This document shows, one piece after another, positions 1 through 10,464 of a stretch of DNA of 64,000 nucleotides; position 1 is the first letter of the stretch, and each line of letters begins with the position of its first letter. The notes under the pieces are model-generated. The model had not been told where the DNA came from, did no database searches, and saw only the letters and a program-made list of their open reading frames with translations. This DNA is from Histomonas meleagridis 2922-C6/04-290x (lineage: Eukaryota; Protista; Parabasalia): contig JAANOX010000258.1 of assembly GCA_020184695.1 (NCBI GenBank), positions 496,001 through 560,000 on the forward strand, written 5' to 3'. Position numbers and translations under genes: made by a program.

Positions 1-392
1 TCAAATTTTTCTTGTGTGTACATCAACCCACAATACAATAAGTTTACGAAATCCTTTGTTCCAGCGATTGACAATATGTCTCCCTTTGCATATTTAACAC
101 TTAGGTATTGGAATGGTTTATCTGTTTCTTTTGTTTCTTCAATTGTTACAGATGAGATTTCGGTCTTGTTGTCAGTGTCATCTTTTGATTTAGAGTCAGA
201 CGAGTGTTGGAATACTATTTGCCAAGATTGAGGATCAATCCTAACCTGAGATTTCCTTTCCTTTTTCCAGTTGCTACTCTTGTTCCCATCTGCGCGGATG
301 TAAGTGCAATCGTTCCAGTTCATGCACGCAGAAAGAATATATCTACGAGTGAAGAATGCAGCATCCTGGAGCTGTCCACTTTTTTCAACCAT
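1..392 (-). CDS. 5' part of a gene running off the window edge; PH-like N-terminal domain (tentative)
   Basis: Hand translation from ATG at 392 is open to position 1: MVEKSGQLQDAAFFTRRYILSACMNW...LSVKYAKGDILSIAGTKDFVNLLYCGLMYTQEKF. It is absent from the ORF track because there is no stop in the window. The two + strand ORFs here are its shadows. The last strand-plus-helix segment resembles the end of a PH fold. Confidence 0.6.
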   Translation of the reverse strand, partial: MVEKSGQLQDAAFFTRRYILSACMNWNDCTYIRADGNKSSNWKKERKSQVRIDPQSWQIVFQHSSDSKSKDDTDNKTEISSVTIEETKETDKPFQYLSVKYAKGDILSIAGTKDFVNLLYCGLMYTQEKF

Positions 393-942
393 TTGGAATT
401 TTGTCGGAGGTTATTTAACGATAACACTTAGTAAGAATAATACGACCAGATATCAATTCAAAATATAAAATTTACAACATGAATTTCTTTATTTGAATAT
501 TATTGGGATAAACAAGTGACTAAAGTTTAGAGATAAGCACAATATATAACTTTTCTCGCTAAGTAGAACTTTCAAGATCAAGTGATATAAAATCAACGTT
601 TATATTAAAGCATTGATATGTAATTTAGCCTAGGATAAGTAAGATTTGTATGTGGAATTTAGAAAAAAAAAAAAAAAAATGTATTTTAATATTTGAATTT
701 GAATCGTTGCCAGCATAATGACTTCCAATGAAAAGATTCGAATCTTTTTAGTGTCGTTGTGAAAACATGTTTTTGATAAAATTTAAAAAATAGAAAAATC
801 TATGTTAAATAGATTTAATAAAAAATACAGAAAGTAATTTGCTGCATGATTCTTAATTAATTATTATTAATAATTAATTATTTATTTTCATAAGCTAAAA
901 ACTTGTAAAAACAAGAACATTTTATTTAATTCTATTTAATTA

Positions 943-3204
943 TCATCTATATTGTTCTACGATCTTTATACTTCTTGTAATTTTTTCTATCAGGTACATT
1001 TCACCATTCTGTGTTCCAGCCAAAAACGACAAATTAATTTGCATCATATGAATTTTTTCATTTGATTCCACAGCGACAATTGACAAAGGAATTACGAAAT
1101 TATTTTGATCATTTGTTTTCAATTCCATTTGTCGTGACAAAAACTCTTTATTAATCCTATTAGAAAAGAAAGAGATCTGATAAAAAGCGTTAATTTCTAT
1201 TCCGCTTTTATTTATCAAATCGCCCGTCAACTCAATCGTGAAATTTCTACTGTTATTCGGGCTATTAATTATAAAAATTGGATCCACAAATTTAACATTG
1301 TTCACATACAAAACGGGATCATACCTATAAAAAGCCAAAGGAATTTTAATGTTATACATAGCCTCATTATTAAACTCATAAATCCCTAACTCAAAAGAAT
1401 TCAAAAGTCTTTTAGCGTTTTCACATATTTCTTGTGTAATTTCTCGTGAAATTGGATCAACGCTTTGATGTAAATTTAATGTCGAAGTTGATAATGAAGT
1501 TGAAAGTTGACGAAGATCATCGACATATGTAACATATGTTAACTCATACTTCGGCTGTGGCATGGAATATAATATTTCGGCTTGAAAGCAAATCGATTCG
1601 ATGTAAAATAAAGTGTCACAAAACATTTGTTGGAAATCGCTATGTTCAATTTGCTTGAACGCAGATGATGATTGCTCAAAATAGTCAGCGGCCATAGAAT
1701 GTTCACCGTTGGCTCTTGCATTTAGTCCTTTTGAGACTAATTCAAATGCTTCCGCAAGTGGATTTGATTTACAATACAAAAACATGTTGGCTGCTTTGCT
1801 ATATTCGCCGATTTCTAAGAAGGTGATTCCACTTTCAAAGGTGTCGTTGGGGTTTATTGTGAACTTTTGTTGATTTTTATTTAAATGCAATAATGATAAT
1901 TTTAACTTGGCATATATCTTTGTCTCGGGCTTTAAATTAAGATTTTCGACATAAAGTCGCGCTATTTCATTAGTTTCATCGTCAAACATAAGGAAAAATT
2001 TTGATATGATTTCTTGATATGATTTTCCTTTAGGTACCAACGTGGGTAACAATGACTCTATGATGATTGAATGTGATTCATCTGAAAAATGTTTTATAAA
2101 TAATGTAAGATATTTAAATAATATGTCACATAAATTTGATGTCCATTCTTCATTATGCTCAATAAATGGCGTTAATATGTCTATAGAAAAATCAGCAGAT
2201 CTAGATAAATCTTCTTCTGTTTCTCTTGGTAAAATGCTTATTAGATTGATGCAGCCGTTTAAATTATTCGGTTTGACGTCATAGAGACTATCGTCTGTAA
2301 ATTGTAAAGTTTTCAAAAGAATAAGCGATGGTGATTGATCTGTTCCATCTGTCCTAATATGAAGAAATTGTAGTGCTGCTTGAGCAAAACCATATTTTTG
2401 ATATGGGTGAAGATAATTTACTATTGAAGTGATTGATGTGAAAGCATGATTTATAACAGGAGTTTCTAAAATGTTGTTAAGAAATGTAATAAATTCGTCA
2501 TAAAGATCATGTGGAAGGTACTTAAGATTTCTAACAAAAGATGAAAATGAATCAAAAGTTTGTAATATAAAATTGTTATTAGTATTGAAAAGATTAATAA
2601 AGATGGAGGATGCTTGTTGAATTAATTCTTTGTTATGAATTATTTCTGGAAGAAAATGGATTATTTGTGGAAATGATACTTGATCAATTACAGTTTGACA
2701 TAAAATTGGTGTGTTTTTTATCATGGCAGTAATAAGACCTTGGGCTGCAATGGAGATCTCTTGATCTGGTGAATTTAGATGTTGAATTGCTTTCATGAAA
2801 AATAAAGATTCAGGTGGAGCAATATCAGCAAACTCAGTCAAGGCTTTATATGTAATAGCCTCAAGGTTAACGAAAGGAGGTGATAAGCTCTTACTTAGGT
2901 TTTCAAGAATTTCAATTGGGTCAGAAATAAAACAATGTAAATCTTTTGTATTTTTGAAAACAAAAATTATAGATTCTTTACGAGCTAAGGGATAAGAACA
3001 AAAAAATTTGCAAAATCTTATAAAAATATTTTGAATTATTTCAGGATTTTCTTTTTTAAAATTCTCGATGAGAGTATCACAAGGAGTTTCCGTTGTTAAA
3101 AACTGCTTTTCAATATTCTGCGCTCTGATTATATTTGGGTCATTTGGAACCTCTTGTCTCCTCATCTGAGCAGATCTTATTAACCGTCGACAGGGGTACC
3201 CCAC
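943..3204 (-). CDS. Alpha-solenoid (ARM/HEAT) protein with beta-rich C-terminus, INTS7-like; probable start ATG at 3165
   Basis: 753-aa ORF. The N-terminal segment (NIFIRFCKFF...EAITYKALTEFADIAP...LNSPDQEISIAA) aligns by eye with my recollection of human INTS7 (NSAFLKLADVF...RAITLRMLGSLASIIP...LDSHDNVEVEAA). Confidence 0.55.
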   Translation of the reverse strand: MGYPCRRLIRSAQMRRQEVPNDPNIIRAQNIEKQFLTTETPCDTLIENFKKENPEIIQNIFIRFCKFFCSYPLARKESIIFVFKNTKDLHCFISDPIEILENLSKSLSPPFVNLEAITYKALTEFADIAPPESLFFMKAIQHLNSPDQEISIAAQGLITAMIKNTPILCQTVIDQVSFPQIIHFLPEIIHNKELIQQASSIFINLFNTNNNFILQTFDSFSSFVRNLKYLPHDLYDEFITFLNNILETPVINHAFTSITSIVNYLHPYQKYGFAQAALQFLHIRTDGTDQSPSLILLKTLQFTDDSLYDVKPNNLNGCINLISILPRETEEDLSRSADFSIDILTPFIEHNEEWTSNLCDILFKYLTLFIKHFSDESHSIIIESLLPTLVPKGKSYQEIISKFFLMFDDETNEIARLYVENLNLKPETKIYAKLKLSLLHLNKNQQKFTINPNDTFESGITFLEIGEYSKAANMFLYCKSNPLAEAFELVSKGLNARANGEHSMAADYFEQSSSAFKQIEHSDFQQMFCDTLFYIESICFQAEILYSMPQPKYELTYVTYVDDLRQLSTSLSTSTLNLHQSVDPISREITQEICENAKRLLNSFELGIYEFNNEAMYNIKIPLAFYRYDPVLYVNNVKFVDPIFIINSPNNSRNFTIELTGDLINKSGIEINAFYQISFFSNRINKEFLSRQMELKTNDQNNFVIPLSIVAVESNEKIHMMQINLSFLAGTQNGEMYLIEKITRSIKIVEQYR

Positions 3205-3351
3205 AAGAAAGACAACTTAGGAAAAAAATGTTGTTTAAGTAATTACAATTTCATTATGTGATCATCAGCGTAGTTAGTATGATTCTATGAAATTTAGTTC
3301 AATTTTTGAATAATGAATTTAATGAAAAAATTAGTATGAAAAAAATGTATT

Positions 3352-3690
3352 TTATAAAACTCCATGAATCTTAACCTGCTCCTTCTTGCAAATCTTCTCA
3401 GTTGTTAAGAAATCCGCAACATTTTTACGTTGATCGCCGGTTAATTGAAGAATCTTATTACCTTCATTATCATCCACAATTGTTCCATTGCAACAAAAGT
3501 TCCTCTTGAAGTACTGAGTAACCTTTTTCATGTTAAGTTTTGGTGGCAATCCTTGAACTAAAGTTACGCATTTGCGACCATTTCGTTGTTGAATTCTAAT
3601 GTGTACCTCAAATTCGTTTTCAGGTGGACCTTGTGTTCTGTCATTAGGAATATCGAATGTATCAATTCCTGCGAATGGGTCTTGGGACAT
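3352..3690 (-). CDS. EIF1: Translation initiation factor eIF1/SUI1
   Basis: VHIRIQQRNGRKCVTLVQGL, FCCNGTIV, LQLTGDQRKNV, VKIHG are diagnostic SUI1 motifs. Confidence 0.97.
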   Translation of the reverse strand: MSQDPFAGIDTFDIPNDRTQGPPENEFEVHIRIQQRNGRKCVTLVQGLPPKLNMKKVTQYFKRNFCCNGTIVDDNEGNKILQLTGDQRKNVADFLTTEKICKKEQVKIHGVL

Positions 3691-3692
3691 AT

Positions 3693-3700
3693 GTCACTTT
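3693..3700 (-). promoter_or_regulatory. AAAGTGAC motif immediately upstream of the eIF1 ATG (trichomonad M2-type core element)
   Basis: The minus strand reads TCAATTAAAAGTGACAT-ATG. This matches the AAAGTGAC motif described near start codons in T. vaginalis, and an Inr-like TCAAT precedes it. Confidence 0.5.
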
Positions 3701-4023
3701 TAATTGAAATTTTAAGACCAACTTTCCATTAAAACAAGAAAATCTCAATACCATCTTAAATTTTTTTGTTTTCTTTTTATGTTTGGTTTTATTTTAATGA
3801 ATGCAACTTTGTATATAAGCTTAAATGTGAAAATTATAAAAAATTTAAATATCTGATTATTTGGTCATGTTATACGTTCATCATTTCTAATTAAATTTAT
3901 GAAAGCTATTAAATTAATTAAAGCTTACCTATTTAATATTTTTAAAATATAATATTTCTAGAAGTAGATTTGAAGAATTTTGCATTTTCATTTGAAATGT
4001 AAACGTTCGCACAAAAGTGGCAA

Positions 4024-4569
4024 ATGGATTTCCTACCTCTTACAAAATTAATACAATTAGAATTAGAATCATGTTATGTAAATTGTTATAAAAATATCCT
4101 TATTCAACCTTCTATTCGTAACTTAAAGCAATGGCAAGTTTATTTGTTCCCTACATCTGGTGTTTTCAAATCTTGTACTCTAACTTTTTATATTAGTTTT
4201 GACAATTACCCAAATGCTCCTCCACTTGTAACTTTTCAACCTGGTTTGATTCATCCATTAATTGATCCTTCATCATCAAAACTTGATATTAAATTATTAT
4301 TAAATGGATGGAATACACAGACTCGCGTATATTCCATACTCAATTCTATTTACGACAGTTTTGTTGAGGTACCAATTCCACAAGGAAATTGTCCAAATAT
4401 GGAAGCAGTCAAATATCTCAAGCAAAGTGTAGATTCTTACTCTAAAAAGGCACTTGAATTGCTTCCTAAAGTTAAGGCTGATGATAATAGGGAACTAAAT
4501 AAACCAAAGAAGTGGAATAGAGTAAAGGAAAAATTAGTAATTTCATTGTATCAAACTAAACTTCAATAA
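4024..4569 (+). CDS. AKTIP: Catalytically inactive UBC-fold protein, AKTIP/FTS-like
   Basis: W..YLF..SG.F, DNYPNAPP, IHPLIDPSSSKLDI. Asp replaces the catalytic Cys, as in AKTIP (FHPLVDPTSGELDV). Confidence 0.7.
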   Translation: MDFLPLTKLIQLELESCYVNCYKNILIQPSIRNLKQWQVYLFPTSGVFKSCTLTFYISFDNYPNAPPLVTFQPGLIHPLIDPSSSKLDIKLLLNGWNTQTRVYSILNSIYDSFVEVPIPQGNCPNMEAVKYLKQSVDSYSKKALELLPKVKADDNRELNKPKKWNRVKEKLVISLYQTKLQ

Positions 4570-4962
4570 AAAACTTTTTTATTCAACTTTTTAGTATTCA
4601 AATATCAAGTGATTTAACGAATCAACATTTCTTTAAATTAATTAAGATGGAGATTAAGCATTTTAATTTTATCATAAATAAAAATCTAATTATTTGTCTT
4701 TTACAGCAAAGCAAATACATCGTGAATGGAGTGTTTTTGTTCAGATATTTTTTTATAGTAAATGCATGAATAAATACTTCGAATTATATCCACATCGACA
4801 AGAATCATTTGTTTTTTTAATAACTTTGCAACAAAATAAGTACACAGATACTGCAAATGTTGAATACGAATGATACAACATATGATAATATGAATTCTTT
4901 TTTTGGAATAAATAATTATTAATTATGAAAAACAATTACATTACTGATTTGTCGTTTACTCG

Positions 4963-5379
4963 TTAGCCGTTTATTCCACTTATCAAAGTTTGAACTTCAT
5001 CAACAAATTTTTGACATGAATTAGCAACTGGCATATCAAGAGTATAAAATGGATTCTTGAGTACATAGTCTGTATATAATGCATAGATGTTATGTAGGAT
5101 GTCTTGTGCTTTTGAGTGTTGTAAATCTGTAAATATCATGAATTTGAGTCCAGTAATTGTCTGAAGACAGCTTAACTTCCAAGTTGTACATTCAAATTCA
5201 GTGAATCCAGATGATTTTTGCACAGGTGATACTTCAACTGAAATAGCATGCAAAGAATGAAGTGTTGCTCCAATGATAATAACTTCATCGGAGTTAAGTT
5301 GTTGTGCATTAGGATGGTAATTTTGGAAAAATACAAGTCCACCACTGCTATTGAGAACCATTGCACTATATACAACCAT
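4963..5379 (-). CDS. TRAPPC4: TRAPP complex subunit Trs23/TRAPPC4 (sybindin family)
   Basis: VLNSSGGLVF, LNSDEVIIIGATLHSLHAIS, CLQTITGLKF, IYALYTDYVLKNPFYTLDMP. Confidence 0.9.
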   Translation of the reverse strand: MVVYSAMVLNSSGGLVFFQNYHPNAQQLNSDEVIIIGATLHSLHAISVEVSPVQKSSGFTEFECTTWKLSCLQTITGLKFMIFTDLQHSKAQDILHNIYALYTDYVLKNPFYTLDMPVANSCQKFVDEVQTLISGING

Positions 5380-6567
5380 TTTACCAATGCGGTAATTTGC
5401 CTGCCTTTGTTTGAAATTTGAAAACGTTTATTTCGTTTCAAGTTTTACTGGAGGTTAAAAGTGACACATTGAAATGCGTTTTTTCCACACAAAGTTGCAA
5501 CTTAAGGTGCATTCAAAAAAAATTCACGATAAAAATTTCTCAAAAATTATACATCGTGAAATATAGAGGAACGTACAGATAGATTCATGAAGACAGCTTT
5601 TTTTGAATTTCTTCTGTACTTTTCGGAGAAAAAGTGAAATTATGAAAAATGGAGATCTCGTGATTTTAGAAAAATACTACTGATTTTGTAAAGTACATAT
5701 ATAAATTATAAAAAGTTAATTTTAGTATATATTGATATATCCTATTAATAATGAATTATATCCATCTTAAATTTCCTTAACTTTAAAGTTTTGAATAAAA
5801 CTGTGCGATACTCTGCTTTTTTAAATGCATATTATCTATTATGATCTAGAAAATCATTTGTTTATGGAAATTATTTAAAAATATTATAAATAATATAATA
5901 TTTGAATTTTTATTTAAGGTGATGTGATTTTTTATGAGACAGACCTAGTCAAATCAGCTGTTTTCAGATAATTTTTTATGTGTATAAACATCGAAGTACA
6001 CTGATTCTATTGCAGTATTTAATGAGATTGCGAATTACTTAGGCTATTTTAGCAGATGCACGTTCGCCACATTGTTCTGAAGTACACAAGGATACGAAAC
6101 TACACAACGTTTCTGAATGACCATAAAGAGTTTAGGTTCCATCAAAGACAAGAAGTCAATCGCTTTCTTGGCTGTGAATGGAGTGGTACCTATGTGGTGC
6201 AGTGTAATAAATTTATAATTGCGAAAAAAAAGAAAAGCAAATCTTTTTTGAATATAAAAATTACAGAATTGAATAAATTTCCTTTTGAGTTTTTTTGATG
6301 CAATATTTAATTTCATACGTAAATAACAAAAGAATTGTATAAAATTCATAAATGAATCAGTAGGATAAATTCGAATTTGTAATTTTTGTTTATTATCCAT
6401 TTTTATTTTATTGCTAACAAATAAATTATTTCAATCATTAAGGATAACATTTTACACACTCTTATCGATAAAAATTCAATTTTTAGAGGGTAAAAATGCA
6501 GTTAACATTAAAAATCCAAAAAATATCACTATAAATTGATTAAATTATTTTTGAACTGCATTTTAAT

Positions 6568-7533
6568 TTATAACCATTGATCATCTTCACCAACAATAAA
6601 GTTATTAAATTCTTGATTAACTTCTTCAATTTGTTTATCTGATGAAGAATTATTAGAAATTTTTGAATGATTATTGGAAATTTGTTTTTTACCTTTTTGT
6701 ATAACAAATATAATAATACCAATAATTAAAAGAACAGCTGCAATAGAACCACAAATAATACCAATTAATTCATTGTTGGAAATTTTTTGTGTTGCTTGAG
6801 TTTCATTTTGGTTAATTATTATATATAAATCAGAGTAAAAACTATAATATGTTATAAATTGTTGAATTGTATATTTATAATATATAAATTCAGATGAAGT
6901 AAATGTATAACTTGAATCAATAAATGTAATTAATAATGAATTTGATAAAAATGTATCAATAGTCAATGTTTGAGTAATAAATAAAGAATAAGTTAACGTT
7001 ATTGAATATGAATATGATTCACTCAAACTGTTTAACATATTAAATGTATTCGATAAACCAAATGTATTTGAATTAGTAAATGTATTTGTTTGTATGAATG
7101 GAAATTGTTGAATGCATTCTCTAAGTACTGAACCTATAGACACCTTAAGGGTTCCAAACGCTGTGCTTTTATATGAATATGGTGTTGTGACAAATTCGAC
7201 TGGCACATCTGAAAAAGCATTTGAACTTATATGTGGTGGGGAATAATAACCTTTGAAATATATACAGGAGAGATTGGGGCAATGGTGAAATGCATTGGAT
7301 TCTATTGTTGTAACACATTCTCCGATTATAACACTTTTTAAATTATAACAATAAGAAAATGCATAACTTCCTATTGTTGTTACTGAATCTGGAATTATAA
7401 TATTTGTTAATGAAGAACAAGAAGAAAATGCATAACTTCCTATTGTTGTTACTGAATCTGGAATTATAATATTTGTTAATGAAGAACAATAAAAAAATGC
7501 ACCACTTCCTATTGTTGTTACTGAATTACCCAT
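6568..7533 (-). CDS. BspA-like LRR_5 surface protein with C-terminal TM helix; appears 5'-truncated
   Basis: 23-aa repeats IIIPDSVTTIGSYAF..C..L, an NTF-rich stalk, a TM segment (LIGIICGSIAAVLLIIGIIIFVI) and an acidic tail. There is no signal peptide, and LRR-like coding (YAFQQWTSLVTVK) continues upstream to a stop at 7590-7588. Confidence 0.9.
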   Translation of the reverse strand: MGNSVTTIGSGAFFYCSSLTNIIIPDSVTTIGSYAFSSCSSLTNIIIPDSVTTIGSYAFSYCYNLKSVIIGECVTTIESNAFHHCPNLSCIYFKGYYSPPHISSNAFSDVPVEFVTTPYSYKSTAFGTLKVSIGSVLRECIQQFPFIQTNTFTNSNTFGLSNTFNMLNSLSESYSYSITLTYSLFITQTLTIDTFLSNSLLITFIDSSYTFTSSEFIYYKYTIQQFITYYSFYSDLYIIINQNETQATQKISNNELIGIICGSIAAVLLIIGIIIFVIQKGKKQISNNHSKISNNSSSDKQIEEVNQEFNNFIVGEDDQWL

Positions 7534-7901
7534 TTTAACTGTAACTAAAGAAGTCCATTGTTGAAAGGCATATGTTTGAAATAAATTTTACCCCAAATAT
7601 AAATAAGCGTACTTGAAACATTAGATCGGAAAAACCCATTATAAATATGTTTTTTTAAAACAACGGGCGCAAATTGGCTTTGGTTAAAAATATGCCAGTG
7701 CTTTTGTTGATGGGACAAAAAAATTTTGAAAAAAATTTAAAAGTCATTTGTGCCAGAAGAAATCAAATTTTTGATATGAAAATATATCAACATTTCATGA
7801 AGAATATCGATATATTCAAAATTAGAAATATTTGAAAAAGTTATAAGGGTACGTGGGCAGGCATTTTAAACTGACATGTTAAATGAAAAGATTTTCAAAT
7901 C

Positions 7902-8252
7902 ATGGAGGAAAGGGCAAAAAATTGGAATTCTCACATTTTCGAATTTATTCCATTTAAAGAAACTCCAAGCATCCAACAGGAATTTATTCCTGATTATAAG
8001 TGGCAATTTCATGAAGCAGAAGTACTTATTGGAAAAAATGGAATAACGCCTGAAAAACGTAGAAAAGTTCGTGATGCATTGTTTGCACTTTACAAGCAAA
8101 TTATTAAAACTAATTCGCCTCTTGCATATGATATCGCTAGAAATGTTGAAACTGACTTATTCAAAGAAAAAACAGAAACATATTACATGAACAAGTTCAA
8201 TAAAAAGCGATCTGAACTCAAGCTCCTCATTCTATACTCACAAAAAATATAA
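7902..8252 (+). CDS. Small protein resembling a stand-alone TFIIS central-domain helical bundle
   Basis: KRRKVRDALFALY...LAYDIARNVETDLF...YYMNKFNKKRSEL follows the R.KVR..L..AL / A..IE..LF / Y..K.RS pattern. Confidence 0.45.
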   Translation: MEERAKNWNSHIFEFIPFKETPSIQQEFIPDYKWQFHEAEVLIGKNGITPEKRRKVRDALFALYKQIIKTNSPLAYDIARNVETDLFKEKTETYYMNKFNKKRSELKLLILYSQKI

Positions 8253-9092
8253 TGAAATTGCATACTTACTTTAAATTCTGGTACTAACTAATTGCAAAGT
8301 ATGTCAATAGAGTTGCATGACTCCTGTTTAATGAGTAAGTTAATTGTTATGAATAACAGTTGTTAATCAACACAATATCAATATCATTATAAAAATACCA
8401 TAAAATCACTTTTGAAAGTTCATTAAAATCAAATGAATGTCCACAATATTTGTTTGCATAAACGTTTATTCTTTAAATTGATTTTTTTAAAATACATCTC
8501 GAAAGGATTAATCCACACTACATAAATTGATATTAGTATCAGACTACTTTCTAAAAATAAAGCTTAGCTGCATACATTCAATGCCTCCTTAAATTCCATT
8601 TTCAAAATTATTTAGTATTTTGTATTCCCAACTTTCATTGTATACAATTTTAAATAAGTTTTAAGTTAATGCGAAATAGCTAAAATTGATATTTTGTAAG
8701 TGGGTCATTGTTAGCAATAACTAAAAATTTTCGAAATCCTATTAATTTTATTGGAATGTGTAATAATACGTGAATAGTTAGAAAAGGTTAAACGCCTTAC
8801 TAAAACAAAAATTTTCTGATGTGTAAAAATGTGAAAAAATCTGATGTTTTCTGCAACGGTTAAACGATCGCTCTAGTGAACTTTTCAACGAATGAAAAAA
8901 GGAACAAAAATCGCACAACAAAATATCTTCTTATGAAACTATTTTAAGATAATTATAAACAATTATTTTGAAATTTGTTTGCTAGGTTTTTATTCGAATA
9001 TATCTAATGTATTTTATAATATTTTTATTCTTCATTTTCAATTTAACATATTCAAATATCAACTTTTTCAGATTGACGAATTCGTACCAAAA

Positions 9093-10151
9093 ATGATTTC
9101 GAACTTCACACTGACAGGTCTCATTGTAAGTTCTTTATCAAATTCTCCATACATGATAATGTCGTCAAGCTCACATAATCATCCGAAACTTCAAGTAACA
9201 AACTCAATATTTCGTAATCATTTTTCTAATTTTCTTCATATCAACTCAAATCTTTTTTCCGCCTCAATAAAGAAATCACAATTTACCGGCTTCCTCAGCT
9301 CTTGCATTGAGATTGAGCGAGCTGGTCGTATTGAAGCAGATTCCTCATTTGAAGTTAGAGCTACTTCATTTTTAAATAACACTACACCATTTAATGGAGG
9401 ATGCATCAAAGTTTCCACTGATTCAACAGTTGATGTCAACATTAGTAATTGCGAATTTTCATATAATCAAGCAGGTGTTGGTGGAGCACTTTATATTCTT
9501 TCTCTTGGTAGCCTCAATATGGATGAGAACATGTTCCGTTATAACCATGCTGACACAGCATCACATGCCTTCATTTCGATTCCAAGTTTCTTTTCTGTTA
9601 ATGACACATATGAATTTAGTCGTGGCACTGATTCCTCAATACTTTTCATTTCCAACCGCGATGTCACATATGTTATTTCGTTTAATGATTGTGATTTTTA
9701 TCAGAATAATGCAACCATGGATTTTGCCAATTTAGAACAAAGTGACATAACATTCACCAGCTGTAACTTCATGAAGTATTCCGACCAAAATCTCACGCAA
9801 TACCAAAACCAGTACTTCTTTGATAACACATCAACAAAAAGTGCCGAGTTTACACGCTGTCAATTTAACCAATACTATGTCGAAGGACCTGCAACAATCA
9901 CTGTCGGGGAAATCGTAAGTTATTTAGAAGGGTCAGCAATGACAACAGATGCGGAAGCAATTAGATTAATACCAACACAATCTGCTACAGTAGAAGCAAA
10001 TTGGAGATCAACCCCTGCAATATTCTCGGTTTGCTGTATGGTGTTCTTCTTTATAGTTTCGATAATTGGTATTATAATCGTTTCTTGCTCAAATAAGAAT
10101 TATGGTAAACAACAACAGGTGTTGGACATAAGTGAAACTAAAGAAGACTGA
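9093..10151 (+). CDS. Pmp-like (GGA[I/L]/FxxN) beta-helix surface protein with C-terminal TM
   Basis: FLNNTTPFNGGCI, FSYNQAGVGGALYI and FRYN motifs, a TM helix near the C-terminus and a short tail. The probable start is MISNFTL at 9093; the track ORF starts at 8979. Confidence 0.75.
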   Translation: MISNFTLTGLIVSSLSNSPYMIMSSSSHNHPKLQVTNSIFRNHFSNFLHINSNLFSASIKKSQFTGFLSSCIEIERAGRIEADSSFEVRATSFLNNTTPFNGGCIKVSTDSTVDVNISNCEFSYNQAGVGGALYILSLGSLNMDENMFRYNHADTASHAFISIPSFFSVNDTYEFSRGTDSSILFISNRDVTYVISFNDCDFYQNNATMDFANLEQSDITFTSCNFMKYSDQNLTQYQNQYFFDNTSTKSAEFTRCQFNQYYVEGPATITVGEIVSYLEGSAMTTDAEAIRLIPTQSATVEANWRSTPAIFSVCCMVFFFIVSIIGIIIVSCSNKNYGKQQQVLDISETKED

Positions 10152-10464
10152 TTTTGATTAATAAAAGAATTCATGAAAATAGAATTTATTAATAAATTAT
10201 TAAATTTGTATTCTTAAGCGAATACTTTCTTGAAAGAGAATTTTGGAGGATAAAGAATACGGTTATCGATCAAATGTCTCTGAAATTTGACATCATTTTC
10301 CGTTCGCGTTTTTTATGGCAAGAAACAAGAAAAAGAGCTCAAATAACTGCAGTTTCTATATTCAGCAATGCTGATGCCGAAGGTATCTTATAAGTAACCT
10401 GCAAAAGTCATGACTTTAATACAGAAAGCTACTTTTAAATTCACAAATTCTAAATCAACGAAGC

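Noticed and set aside
6044-6400. Overlapping ORFs 6044-6400 (-) and 6056-6298 (+)
   Set aside because: Neither shows a recognisable motif and I cannot tell which, if either, is coding.
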